64,000 nucleotides of DNA, from positions 114,985-178,984 of the IMG/VR virus record IMGVR_UViG_3300044712_002690; one strand, written 5' to 3'. Below are positions 42,547-52,230 of the stretch, piece by piece. The stretch's first letter is position 1, and each line of letters opens with the position of its first letter. The notes beneath the pieces are model-generated. The model was not told where the DNA came from. It searched no databases and saw only the letters and a list, made by a program, of their open reading frames with translations. Both the position numbers and the translations under genes were made by a program. This DNA is from a virus.

Positions 42547-43038
42547 TTAATCACTTCTAGTATTAGTACGTTTATATTGTTTCATTGGTTCTACTGCAGG
42601 AATAGGACCTATAGGTTTCTTTTTATCCCAAATAAATCTAATATCTGGTTCCTGATTTTTTGCCGGTGGAGGAGGCAATTCACCTGTTTGGATATAATGA
42701 TGTATTCCTCTTATTAATTCCATATATTCATCTTTTTCTAAAAAGCCAGAATACATAATAATATATTTATAACCTTCTTTAGATTTTTCTCTTATTATTC
42801 TTATGCCTGTAGAGAACTCATTTCCTTTTCCTGAAGCTATAGAAGTAATTACATATGGTGTAATTAAAAAAGGATTATAATAATGATATTGTGCGATAAA
42901 ACTATGTGCCCTATTCCACGCTAATTCTCCATCTTTTTCTGGTATTATGAATGAACCTTTATATCGAGTAGCACAACTGGAAAATGTAATTACAACTAGT
43001 AAAGGAATAGTAAAAACTTTTATTTTATTATATTTCAT
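42547..43038 (-). CDS. Putative lipoprotein
   Basis: MKYNKIKVFTIPLLVVITFSSC lipobox-like signal. Confidence 0.6.
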   Translation of the reverse strand: MKYNKIKVFTIPLLVVITFSSCATRYKGSFIIPEKDGELAWNRAHSFIAQYHYYNPFLITPYVITSIASGKGNEFSTGIRIIREKSKEGYKYIIMYSGFLEKDEYMELIRGIHHYIQTGELPPPPAKNQEPDIRFIWDKKKPIGPIPAVEPMKQYKRTNTRSD

Positions 43039-43200
43039 ATCATTCCCCTTCCTTCAATGGTTCCAACTTACTTTGATCGACATAAGCATCGAAGTGATCA
43101 CAATTAGGCACAGCAGGAGTTAGCCACCGCCCAACTTTGCAACCGAGTAAACAATCGGCTTCACTTATAACCTCTCGTTTATATTTCATACAATATCCAA

Positions 43201-44163
43201 TCATTCTCCCTCCTTCAATCGCTCTTGTTTAAGAAGTTCTTTAATCTCATTTTGTATTCTAAGAGCGTCATCCATAGTTTCAACATGAACACCACCCACA
43301 GAAAAATGACCCCCTCCTCCAAACTTCTCACAAATTTCCTTAATGTTATGTTCTTTCTCACTAACATTCCAAGGATTGTGACCTACACCAATATGACAAC
43401 CTCGTTTCATCCAACTAAAATCTTTGATATAAACAGCGTACTTAGCTAATGGTTTCCATCTGAAAGCGAAATATCGATCTGTCCGAACATAAGGAGGATC
43501 AGTATAAAAAACTATTCCATCTTCTTCTTTAGCTACAGTAACGAACTTCTTATACCCTTCTTCGATTTTAACTTTACATCTATTATATCGCCAATCAATA
43601 CTCCAAGGAAGATGACCATCAAGCAACTTATAAAGTAGTGAGCGATCTTGCGTAAACATTCGTACTATCTCAGTCATAAAAGAATCATCTGCATTTTCGA
43701 GAAAAGCCATTCTCATTTTAGGTCCGAATGTAGTAGGATCATATACAGTATCCACAGTAGGATAAAGAGCGTAGTCAATCATGTTAACTTCATCCACGAT
43801 CTTCTTAACCATCCCCTCATCCAAAAATTTATCTCTACCGGGTGTGTCAAAGAAAACCTGGGCGCAGCTATAAGCACCCGGAACAAAATTCCCAGGAACG
43901 CCAGCCTCAGCGAATTTTCCTAAGCCACTAAGATGATGATCCCACCAGAAGTTAGCTGTTGGATTATAAGGATAATCCAATACAACTGTGGTTGTATCAG
44001 GTTCCCTAATATCTTTATCCTGCCAGTCTTTCTCATCGTAATTAATAAATTTATATCTAAAGTCAATTTTAGTATTTCCATTATCCACAAATAGCTTTCC
44101 ATATAATATAGCAGAGAAAACTCCATCAATATCATTATGAGTATAGACTTTAATTTTCATCAT
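43201..44163 (-). CDS. DHH/DHHA1 phosphoesterase
   Basis: HNDIDG, VLD, WDHH, GGGHFSVGG. Confidence 0.9.
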   Translation of the reverse strand: MMKIKVYTHNDIDGVFSAILYGKLFVDNGNTKIDFRYKFINYDEKDWQDKDIREPDTTTVVLDYPYNPTANFWWDHHLSGLGKFAEAGVPGNFVPGAYSCAQVFFDTPGRDKFLDEGMVKKIVDEVNMIDYALYPTVDTVYDPTTFGPKMRMAFLENADDSFMTEIVRMFTQDRSLLYKLLDGHLPWSIDWRYNRCKVKIEEGYKKFVTVAKEEDGIVFYTDPPYVRTDRYFAFRWKPLAKYAVYIKDFSWMKRGCHIGVGHNPWNVSEKEHNIKEICEKFGGGGHFSVGGVHVETMDDALRIQNEIKELLKQERLKEGE

Positions 44164-44254
44164 TGTTCCTTACTTTAATTTTTACTATAATATAAAGAAT
44201 AGCTATCACAATAATAACTAGTATTTCAACCCAAATGAGAGCTAGGAATTTCAT
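44150..44254 (-). CDS. 34-aa membrane micropeptide
   Basis: MKFLALIWVEILVIIVIAILYIIVKIKVRNNDEN. Confidence 0.45.
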   Translation of the reverse strand: MKFLALIWVEILVIIVIAILYIIVKIKVRNNDEN

Positions 44255-44256
44255 AA

Positions 44257-45677
44257 TTAAGCTCCTTCTTGTATAGGTTCTTCAATAACAGTTCCTTCCT
44301 CAATCATTTCCTCTGCTGCAGTATCTACAAGAGGTTCTTCCGTTCCGTCATCTACCTCCCCCTTTTCAGCAGCTCTACTAATGTTAGCTTTACAACGAAA
44401 ACAAGTTACTGTTCGAGGCGGCTTGTAAAGGTGATCAACATTATAAACAATCTCACAACCACATTTACATCTGAATCTATAATGCATCTTTTTCTCCTTT
44501 CTATTATTTTGTGTTGGTGTCTTTCGGTTTCCATTGAGAGAAAAATCCACTAAAGTGACACAAGGAGCTCGGGTGTTTACAATAACCCTTTTTACCCCAA
44601 CCACAAGTAGTACAGTCTTTTTTAATCTTGGCTTTCATAAATTACTTCCTCTTTATTAAAGTGAAGTTTGAATAGCTAATTTTTGAAGTCTCACTATTTC
44701 TTTTTCAAGCTCTCTAATATGCATTCTTAGTTCACCATAATCTCCACGACAAAGCATCCAAGCTGTTTTAGCATTTTCAATTTCGGATGCTTCAACTAGT
44801 TGACCAATTAAGTTCCATCGATCATCAATTTTATTAATGTCCATATTATTAACCACCCATCAACAATTTTCATATTCCAATTCCATCTCTGTTGCCTAAT
44901 ATATTCTCTTTGATAGTCATATACAAATTCTTTTTTACATTTATTGCAAACTCTTATTTGAAGTGTTTTATTTAATTTTCCTGTTTGTGTTGATGTTCCT
45001 TCACAATCAGGACATCTTATTCTTTTATGTTTTAATCTTGATAATTCATGTCTTGGCATATACACCTACCTTTTAAATTCTGTACCACAATAATCACATA
45101 AGTAATTATTTGTTTTGTTAGCTCCACAAGACGGACAAACTTTATTACTCTTTCTTATTAAAGGTAGGTCAGTAATTACTTGACCAAGCTGTTCTAGTGC
45201 AGCTGAAGTATTTTTTATAGCTTCTTCTACACTATCCGTTTCCTCATGAGGATCTCCCGACAATACATATTCTCTAAATTTTCTAGATTCCTCCTCATTA
45301 TAATAATTACAATTACAACAATACGGTCGGAAACCTTCAGTAGGGAAACCACAACTAGGACAGATAACAATATAATGCTCTTTCTTAATAGTATCCATTC
45401 TTTCATTAATATCGACAATCATCCAATGGTGAACAGCTCGATACTTATATGAAGTATGATTGTTTCTATCACCTATACAAATTATCGAATACCATATGGA
45501 TCGAGTAATATGCCATACCATAACAACAATACGTTTTAGAATATTTAAGTCATGATAGGACATAGTAAATTTACCAGAGATAGTTTTTTTATAATATCTT
45601 TTAATAGAGGAGAGAGATTTTTCAAAGAATACTTCTTCGTTATAATCAACAAGTTCCATTAACTTTTTAAGTTCCAT
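44257..45677 (-). other. Cluster of small zinc-ribbon proteins (44257..44487, 44808..45065, 45066..45677) and other small ORFs
   Basis: CKCG...CFRC; CPDC...CNKC; CPSC...CCNC and CPSC...CDYC. Confidence 0.6.
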
Positions 45678-46300
45678 TGTCTCCTCCTTTATTAAATAAC
45701 AAAAGGTGGAATTAATCCACCTAAGATACATACAATATATAAAAAAGTTATCTTCTTTCTAACTCCTTAGCTGCTAGAAAGTCAAACAACTCTGAGTTGC
45801 TCTTCTTCATGCTAATTGGATCACCAGGTATTTCTATCTCATTTTTTCTAGCTGGTGTATAGGGTTTGTTTTGTTGTTTAGTAACAAAGATGATTGTAGC
45901 TACATACTTACTTGAGAAGTGTGTAATTCTTAAATCTAAAATTTCATGGTCAATCTCAATATGATTACAAAGTGAGGTAACAGCATAATCAAATTCATCT
46001 GGCTTAGTCATTTCAATAGTCTTGATTTCCATAAGGATCTCCTTCTAATATATAGAAGAAGATATATCAATATATTGAATTAATCTATCTAATTTCGCTT
46101 TCTCTAATATGTTTTAATATCTTTTCTATTCCTTCAAAATCATTAATTGTCTTTAAATGTTTTATTCTATCACAAACAGCTTTTTCAAAATGATTGTCTT
46201 CTTTAGTAATGTTAGATGTAGAAATAGAATTATACTTTCCAAACATTCCAGGCTTTGATTTTTTCATTTTATTTCTCCTCCCAATAAAAAAGAAAAAGGA

Positions 46301-46383
46301 AGGGTGTAGGGAGAGTAGAGAGTTGGAGGTTTACCACCACGGCAAAAGTGTCATGGAAAAGGGAGATGGTAACCCTACACCCT
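46301..46383 (-). ncRNA. Candidate structured intergenic RNA closed by an 11-bp stem and followed by a U-rich tract
   Basis: AGGGTGTAGGG...CCCTACACCCT inverted repeat, internal TTACCA/TGGTAA stem, then TCCTTTTTCTTTTTT. Confidence 0.5.
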
Positions 46384-46466
46384 ACTTTATACTTAGAGAG
46401 GAAACACCAAAGGAGCTAAATATAAAGCTTAATAAACATAAAATATATCAATACAATTTTAAGTAT

Positions 46467-47300
46467 CTAGTGTACTAGATAATTTTTATAACCATTAATT
46501 TTACCTAAGTAAGTAGTTGTTACATTTGTTGTTGAAGTACTTATGTCTGTAAAAAAGAATACACAATCTTTATTAGCAAACATATTATACCTCTGACTAT
46601 GATAGGTGTACATATACAATACATACCTATCAAACTTTCCTTCTTGAATCATCTTAGCATTATTAGCTATAATTGTATTGATTGTATTCTTAATCACACC
46701 TGTCTGAACTAATTGCTTAACTCTAATACATGAAATATTTTTAGGCCAATGACAAACAGGAATGTTACTTGTTACAATATTATTACATTCTAACTTATTT
46801 TCAAATGTAGAACAAGTCACTACAGTTGTTTCTAAAAACATTTTATCTTCTCCCCCATCATTCACAATGAAATAAGGAGAAACATTAGTAAAGCTTTCTC
46901 CCTCTACTTCACCAGGAAAATAGGGTCCATTTGTAGCAGAAAGACAAAGCGAAGTAACTAATACAAAAAATATACTAAGTTTAGTTTTCATTTATTGACC
47001 TCTTTCTCTAAGTGTTTCTTCTATAAAAGCATTTCCTTTTTCACAACTTTGTTTTGTTTTAAAGAAATAAATCCAACCTGCCCCTTCACATTTAAGTGTC
47101 ATAAAAGGACCTATTCCTTCAAGCACACCTGTTCTATCGAGAGAGCAACCAAGCCTAATAAGATCTTCAATAGACTTTCCAAATTGTACAACGGTTAGAC
47201 ATCCTGAGTTACCAGCAATCCATTTGTACTCAAGGAAGTCAGCAGCATAACTAATACTTAGAGAAAAAATAATCACGCAAATAACAATTATCTTCTTCAT
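46467..47300 (-). other. Two secreted proteins (46467..46991, 46992..47300)
   Basis: Both begin with Sec-type signal peptides (MKTKLSIFFVLVTSLCLSA; MKKIIVICVIIFSLSISYA). Confidence 0.6.
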
Positions 47301-47349
47301 GATAATCCCCCTATAAGTTTATAGTAGTTAAAATGTAATAGAAAAGTAA

Positions 47350-47559
47350 CTAACGAACGTGAGTTGAAATGTATTCTTGTAGCTGACTAGCAGTAGAGAA
47401 TGAAATTGATTCAGGAATACTAATATCAAAACTATTCTCAATAATCATGAATAGTTCTAGGAAATCTAATTCATCTGCTTCCAATTCAACAAAGGAAGTA
47501 GATGGTAGAACTGTACACTTGAAATAGCTTTCCAGTATTTCTTTTAGTTTTGTATCCAT
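47350..47559 (-). CDS. Acyl carrier protein homologue lacking the phosphopantetheine-accepting Ser
   Basis: SFVELEADELDFLELFMIIENSFDISIP aligns by eye with the ACP consensus [29 protein letters not shown]; DSL is DEL (codon GAA). Confidence 0.8.
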   Translation of the reverse strand: MDTKLKEILESYFKCTVLPSTSFVELEADELDFLELFMIIENSFDISIPESISFSTASQLQEYISTHVR

Positions 47560-47573
47560 TAGTTTTAGTTATA

Positions 47574-47903
47574 TCACTTCTTCATATTTTTCTTAACGAT
47601 TCGTTTTTCTCCTCTCTCAAAAACAAATATTTTCTCTTTTAATATCTCATTAACAATTTCAAATTTCAAATCTCTATGTTCCATAGACATAATCTTAACT
47701 GTTTTATATGGATGAGAGATTTCAGAATTAAATTCAACTGTAATACTACCCTGATCAAGATTGTCTTTTTTAACTGTAATGTCCATAGCTAAATCTTCAT
47801 CAGTAAGCATAGGAGCATACATTTTATTAAAGACAGATAATAATCTACCTAAATGTAATACACTTCCAGTAATAGTTAATGTAAACATATACCATCCCAT
47901 CAT
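47574..47903 (-). CDS. Hypothetical protein
   Basis: 109-aa ORF with AGGAGG RBS. Confidence 0.6.
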   Translation of the reverse strand: MMGWYMFTLTITGSVLHLGRLLSVFNKMYAPMLTDEDLAMDITVKKDNLDQGSITVEFNSEISHPYKTVKIMSMEHRDLKFEIVNEILKEKIFVFERGEKRIVKKNMKK

Positions 47904-47923
47904 ATTATCCTCCTTTTAATAAA

Positions 47924-48039
47924 TGGCTGGGTAGGGACTCGAACCCTACTTGATCTAACCAGACTACATTAGATCTGCGCTCTAGGGACCTGAGCAAGGA
48001 TCTGTCGTTTGCATTGGCGTAACCCTACCGCCTCCAGCC
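47924..48039 (-). ncRNA. tRNA-like RNA (116 nt) without a canonical anticodon arm
   Basis: GGCTGG/CCAGCC terminal stem, GGCG/CGCC D-like stem, GATCTAAT/GTTAGATC stem, T-arm GTAGGG-TTCGAGT-CCCTAC; entirely intergenic. Confidence 0.6.
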
Positions 48040-48046
48040 GAGTAAA

Positions 48047-48598
48047 CTAAACAGCTTTAAGAGCTTCTCTTCCATTATCCATTACACCTGTAAGGATAGC
48101 ATCGAGTTCCCATTCTACTTCAAGACTTTGTTTAAAATCATTTAAGTAACCATGAAGTTGTTGTAGACAAAAGATGCCTGTTGGCTCAGAACGAACTTCT
48201 GTTCCATCTTTAGTAGCATAGATAAGATAAGCAGGGTATGCTAAAGGAACACGACAAACAGAACATCTTTTACTCTCTTTAACTCTGACTTTCTCAATCC
48301 TAACAAATTCAATAGGAGCAACAAAGTTAATCATTTCATCAAGCTCAGTTAAGTAGTAAGGAATCTTATCAGGTCGCTGTTTAATGATATACATCTTAAA
48401 GTAAACAGCTAACTGTTTAACTACTTGAACAAGCTCAGGATAAAATAATTGTCTATTCTGCATCGAATAGTAAAGCTTGATTACTCGATTAAGAGCAAAG
48501 TTAAACTGCCTGTGTGTTTTAGGAACCTTCCATTTTGTAGATAGAAGAGAACCCTGATATGTTTTAAGCTTTTGTATAACTAATTCAGCGTTATTCAT
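48047..48598 (-). CDS. Hypothetical protein with possible zinc site
   Basis: CSVC...GIFC. Confidence 0.6.
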   Translation of the reverse strand: MNNAELVIQKLKTYQGSLLSTKWKVPKTHRQFNFALNRVIKLYYSMQNRQLFYPELVQVVKQLAVYFKMYIIKQRPDKIPYYLTELDEMINFVAPIEFVRIEKVRVKESKRCSVCRVPLAYPAYLIYATKDGTEVRSEPTGIFCLQQLHGYLNDFKQSLEVEWELDAILTGVMDNGREALKAV

Positions 48599-50551
48599 AA
48601 CGGTATATCCTCCCCTAATTCTTTATTAAGGTAAGCAATGATTTCGTCTTCCTCTTCTCCTGATGGTACTTCGCTTTGCATTACCTCATCAAATATAATA
48701 TAACTAGGCTCAGAGTTCTCGATATGCTTTCGTACTGTTACAAGATAATCATTTCCTTTATAAGCCATTGCATAACGATGTGTGGTTTCAATTAGAACTA
48801 CCATTTTCTATTCTCCTTATTTCTACAATAGTATTAGCTTCTTCTAAAACTCTGTCAATATTTTTTATACACTGATGACAGATAATCCATGATCCACTAA
48901 AGCTACCATGAACAGTTTTGAAGTGAACCATACCAGGACCTATCTTTTCTCTACAAATAGAACAGGTTCTTCCTCGAATAGACGTATCAAAGAATTCACT
49001 AAACGGTATCACTGATTTGCTCCTTAAGATAAGAATCAATAAAGGAACGAAGATCCTCACCATATAGCCTATTTGCAGAAACAAAGAAAACAGGAATATC
49101 AGGATCAAGACTTTTCGGTCTTTTAAGTTCCTTTACTTGAGTGATTTCCTTTTCAGAAACTAAACCTGAAGAAGCATCTGGATCTTCTAATTCAAAATAC
49201 CAATCTTTGATAGTGTCGAAACTACTGCTAACATCTTTAAAGAAGTCTTTAGCATCTTTCCAACCATAAAACTTAATAAGGAGATCAAATGTTTCTTCAC
49301 TATCTATACAATAGAAGCACTTAGCATAGGTATTGATAGTACTCATTTGATATTGCCCTCCAGTTTAAAGATAATTCTACCATTTTTCCTAATGGTAATT
49401 GATTTATTAAAGTCAGGATTGAAATGAGTATCAGAATACCATTCACACATCTCTTTTTGAGACACTTTATAAGGGTATTTACCTTCAATAATTTCACGGG
49501 CTGTTTCATAATCAAGATCATTTACAAGATATTCAGTTTGAGCTTCAACATAACTGTCATAGACTTCACTATAGTCTGCTGTAACTTCTGTTCCTTCATC
49601 TTCTTCTTTTTCTACTGCTCCTGCTTCTTGTATGAGAATATCCACTAATGCTGTTACTCTTGTAAATGTATCTTTTTCTTCTGTTTCAAGAGCAAACCGA
49701 TTAAGATAATCTACAATCTCGTGAATAGTTTCAACATCGATATTAATTGTTTTCATGATTAAGCTCCTTTTGAAACAAGATTAATTTCAGGAAGTGGGTT
49801 ATTGAGAAATGCTACTACTTGCTTAACAGAACTGAAATAGAATTCAGGAAATTGACCATCAGGTTCTTTCTTATCCTCAAATCCTTTAACAACTGCTACC
49901 GTCCAAGTAGCTCCGTTAGAATGAGGACAACGATAAGCAATCCAAAACTTGACGTCCTGACTTTCCATCTCACAGATACTCATCGAATCATATGTTGGAC
50001 CAACACAAGGACAGTTGTTCTTAAAAAACACATAGTTGTTAATCAAATCAACATTAAGAGATGATTTAAGGTTCTTAATGATTGGAATAAACTTATTGGT
50101 TCTATTAAGAAGGCTACTATCTGTGCAAAACCAATCCCACCATCCTGCATTGCAAGCAGTACGAACATCCATCCTAGCATTATGACTAGAACGGAATGCT
50201 CCTTCTTCGTACTTCATAAGCCATTCTGCAATGTTAATCCTGTCTGCCATTTTGTAGCCTCCAAATCTTTATTTTTTGAATTCGATCAAGAAGACAAAAT
50301 CTAAATTCTCTTCACCACCCCCTCTTCCTTTTTTTCAAGAGTGAGTATTTACAGCGAATTTAGAGTAGTTGTACAGTATCAACAGAATAAATTGGGATAC
50401 CATCTGAATCTTTTAACCAGTCAGTATCTTCAATTATATCCTGTTGATGTGTAGTAAAATAATTCATTACCTCTTCTAAACTTTTACTAGCAATAAAAGG
50501 ACGGTAGTATCCGTCCTTATCAACAAGTTGTAAAATATAAATGTTACTCAT
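48595..50551 (-). other. Run of hypothetical genes (48595..48804, 48788..~49000, 48999..49346, 49343..49756, 49759..50250, 50360..50551)
   Basis: Co-directional ORFs; 49343..49756 is very acidic; 49759..50250 has GWWDWFC...YVFFKNNCP. Confidence 0.6.
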
Positions 50552-52230
50552 ACTTGTCTCCTTAATACTTGCTTACCATGATCTTTTATAACTTTCATAA
50601 TGTCTTTATACAAAAGATTAGGTAAACGAGAAAGCTGGTCATTATTATATTTCAAATAATAATCAACACAATCTTTAACATTACTCCCACCACTAGAAGA
50701 AAATTCAAGATAAAGTATCTTGACTCCATAGCTCCTAGCTTTCAAGAAAGCTTTTCTTGCTTCCTCAGTATTGTCAGGATGACCATCAGTAACAACTACA
50801 ATAAATTTGTCTCCATCCTGTTTAAGCAGATCAGGTAGCTCAAGATTAAGTGCTCCTGCTGTAGGAGTACCGCCTTGGTGATGAACCAATTGCTCTAATC
50901 TATTGAAGTGACCAATCTTATCATCCCAATCTCTTGCTACTTGACATCTATCAGTAAAGTACATAATCTTAGCTTTTACATTATTCTTTACACTACAAGC
51001 CTGATCAATTACAACTGACGTTTGGAGAACTTTATTCATTTGTGCTTTAGTCATTGATCCTGACTTATCAAGCAGAACAAGAACCCGAAGACCCTCAGCC
51101 AAACTTCTTTTAGTAGATTGATATACTCCTCTATCCTTACCTCTGAGTTTTCCTTTATAAAGGAACTCAGGATCAATCTCTCCTTCCTCTACTTCAGTTC
51201 TAACTACTTGCCTAGGTGCTCGCCACCCACCAGCAAATAGTTTGCTAAAGGCTTGAACGGATGAACGATAAGTTTTCAGTATCTCGTTTCGATAGGTAAT
51301 GTTCATTGAAGGTCTACTAATATCTTCTTTAACAGGAATACAATGTCCACCTGCTAAAGCTTTTTGAAGTTTATCTTTAAAATCTTCTCCAAGAAGAACT
51401 TCAGTACCTTCAAGCTCTTCCATATAAGGAGTAGACACAAGAGTTCCTTCTCCTTCAATAGGATTACCATCACCAGCAACTTTTTGTGCTTTCATTGCTT
51501 CTTCTTGAGCTTTCATTTGTTCAGTAATTTCTTTTACTTCCTCTGGGAACAACTGTTTAAGAACATTTACTACCTCAATCGTAATACCAATAGTATGCTC
51601 TGGACTAGAGAAGTTTCCTTTATACTTCGCTATAATAGGCAGTAAATGATTAGCAAAAATTGATTCCAGTTCAGTAGAAAGATCAAGCCTAACATCTATC
51701 AAAGAAAGCTGTGAACGGAAAAGCAATTTATTCACATCAGTCTTACCAATACCTAATTGAGAAAAAATCAGCCTCCTAAATTCTTTAAAGGATAAAGGAA
51801 GTAATTGAGATAAAATCTCATGGTGTTGTTTTTCAAGATGCTTTTCTATTCTTATATCTTCGAATAGATTAAGAACATTTTTAGTGAAAGGATCTCCTTT
51901 ACACTTAAACTGGAATTCAGTTAACTGAACGTTAGAATAAGTGTAAAGGATATGGGCTACCTCGTGCGCAGCAAACATCTTTATTTTCTGAAAGAATTCA
52001 AAAGACATATTCTTGATTAGAGGAAGATAAATAGTATATGTTCCTCTAACCTCTTTAAGATTCTTTTCATCATAAGGATGAAACTGCGTACAAGGCCAAT
52101 GACCCAATTCAATTTTAGTTGAACGCAAAAGGTGACCGGGAAGCACAGATGAGACAATAAAAGAAACTACATCTACAATTTCTTCTTCTCTAGTATATTT
52201 CAATTTATTTTTTCTCATTTGCTTCCTCAC
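50548..52230 (-). CDS. vWA-domain protein with N-terminal HExxH motif (MoxR partner)
   Basis: AAHEVAH; MIDAS DKSGS, GGTPT, VVTDG. Confidence 0.9.
   Translation of the reverse strand: MRKQMRKNKLKYTREEEIVDVVSFIVSSVLPGHLLRSTKIELGHWPCTQFHPYDEKNLKEVRGTYTIYLPLIKNMSFEFFQKIKMFAAHEVAHILYTYSNVQLTEFQFKCKGDPFTKNVLNLFEDIRIEKHLEKQHHEILSQLLPLSFKEFRRLIFSQLGIGKTDVNKLLFRSQLSLIDVRLDLSTELESIFANHLLPIIAKYKGNFSSPEHTIGITIEVVNVLKQLFPEEVKEITEQMKAQEEAMKAQKVAGDGNPIEGEGTLVSTPYMEELEGTEVLLGEDFKDKLQKALAGGHCIPVKEDISRPSMNITYRNEILKTYRSSVQAFSKLFAGGWRAPRQVVRTEVEEGEIDPEFLYKGKLRGKDRGVYQSTKRSLAEGLRVLVLLDKSGSMTKAQMNKVLQTSVVIDQACSVKNNVKAKIMYFTDRCQVARDWDDKIGHFNRLEQLVHHQGGTPTAGALNLELPDLLKQDGDKFIVVVTDGHPDNTEEARKAFLKARSYGVKILYLEFSSSGGSNVKDCVDYYLKYNNDQLSRLPNLLYKDIMKVIKDHGKQVLRRQV

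Noticed and set aside
47924-48039. tmRNA, because GCA AAC GAC (Ala-Asn-Asp, the usual tag start) occurs inside the element
   Set aside because: Only 116 nt, no G3-U70 alanine identity pair, and no in-frame stop inside the RNA; probably coincidental
47924-48039. Canonical tRNA-Ser(GCT) or amber suppressor (CTA)
   Set aside because: No U8, no proper 5-bp anticodon stem, C at position 37 for the GCT reading, and no U33 for the CTA reading
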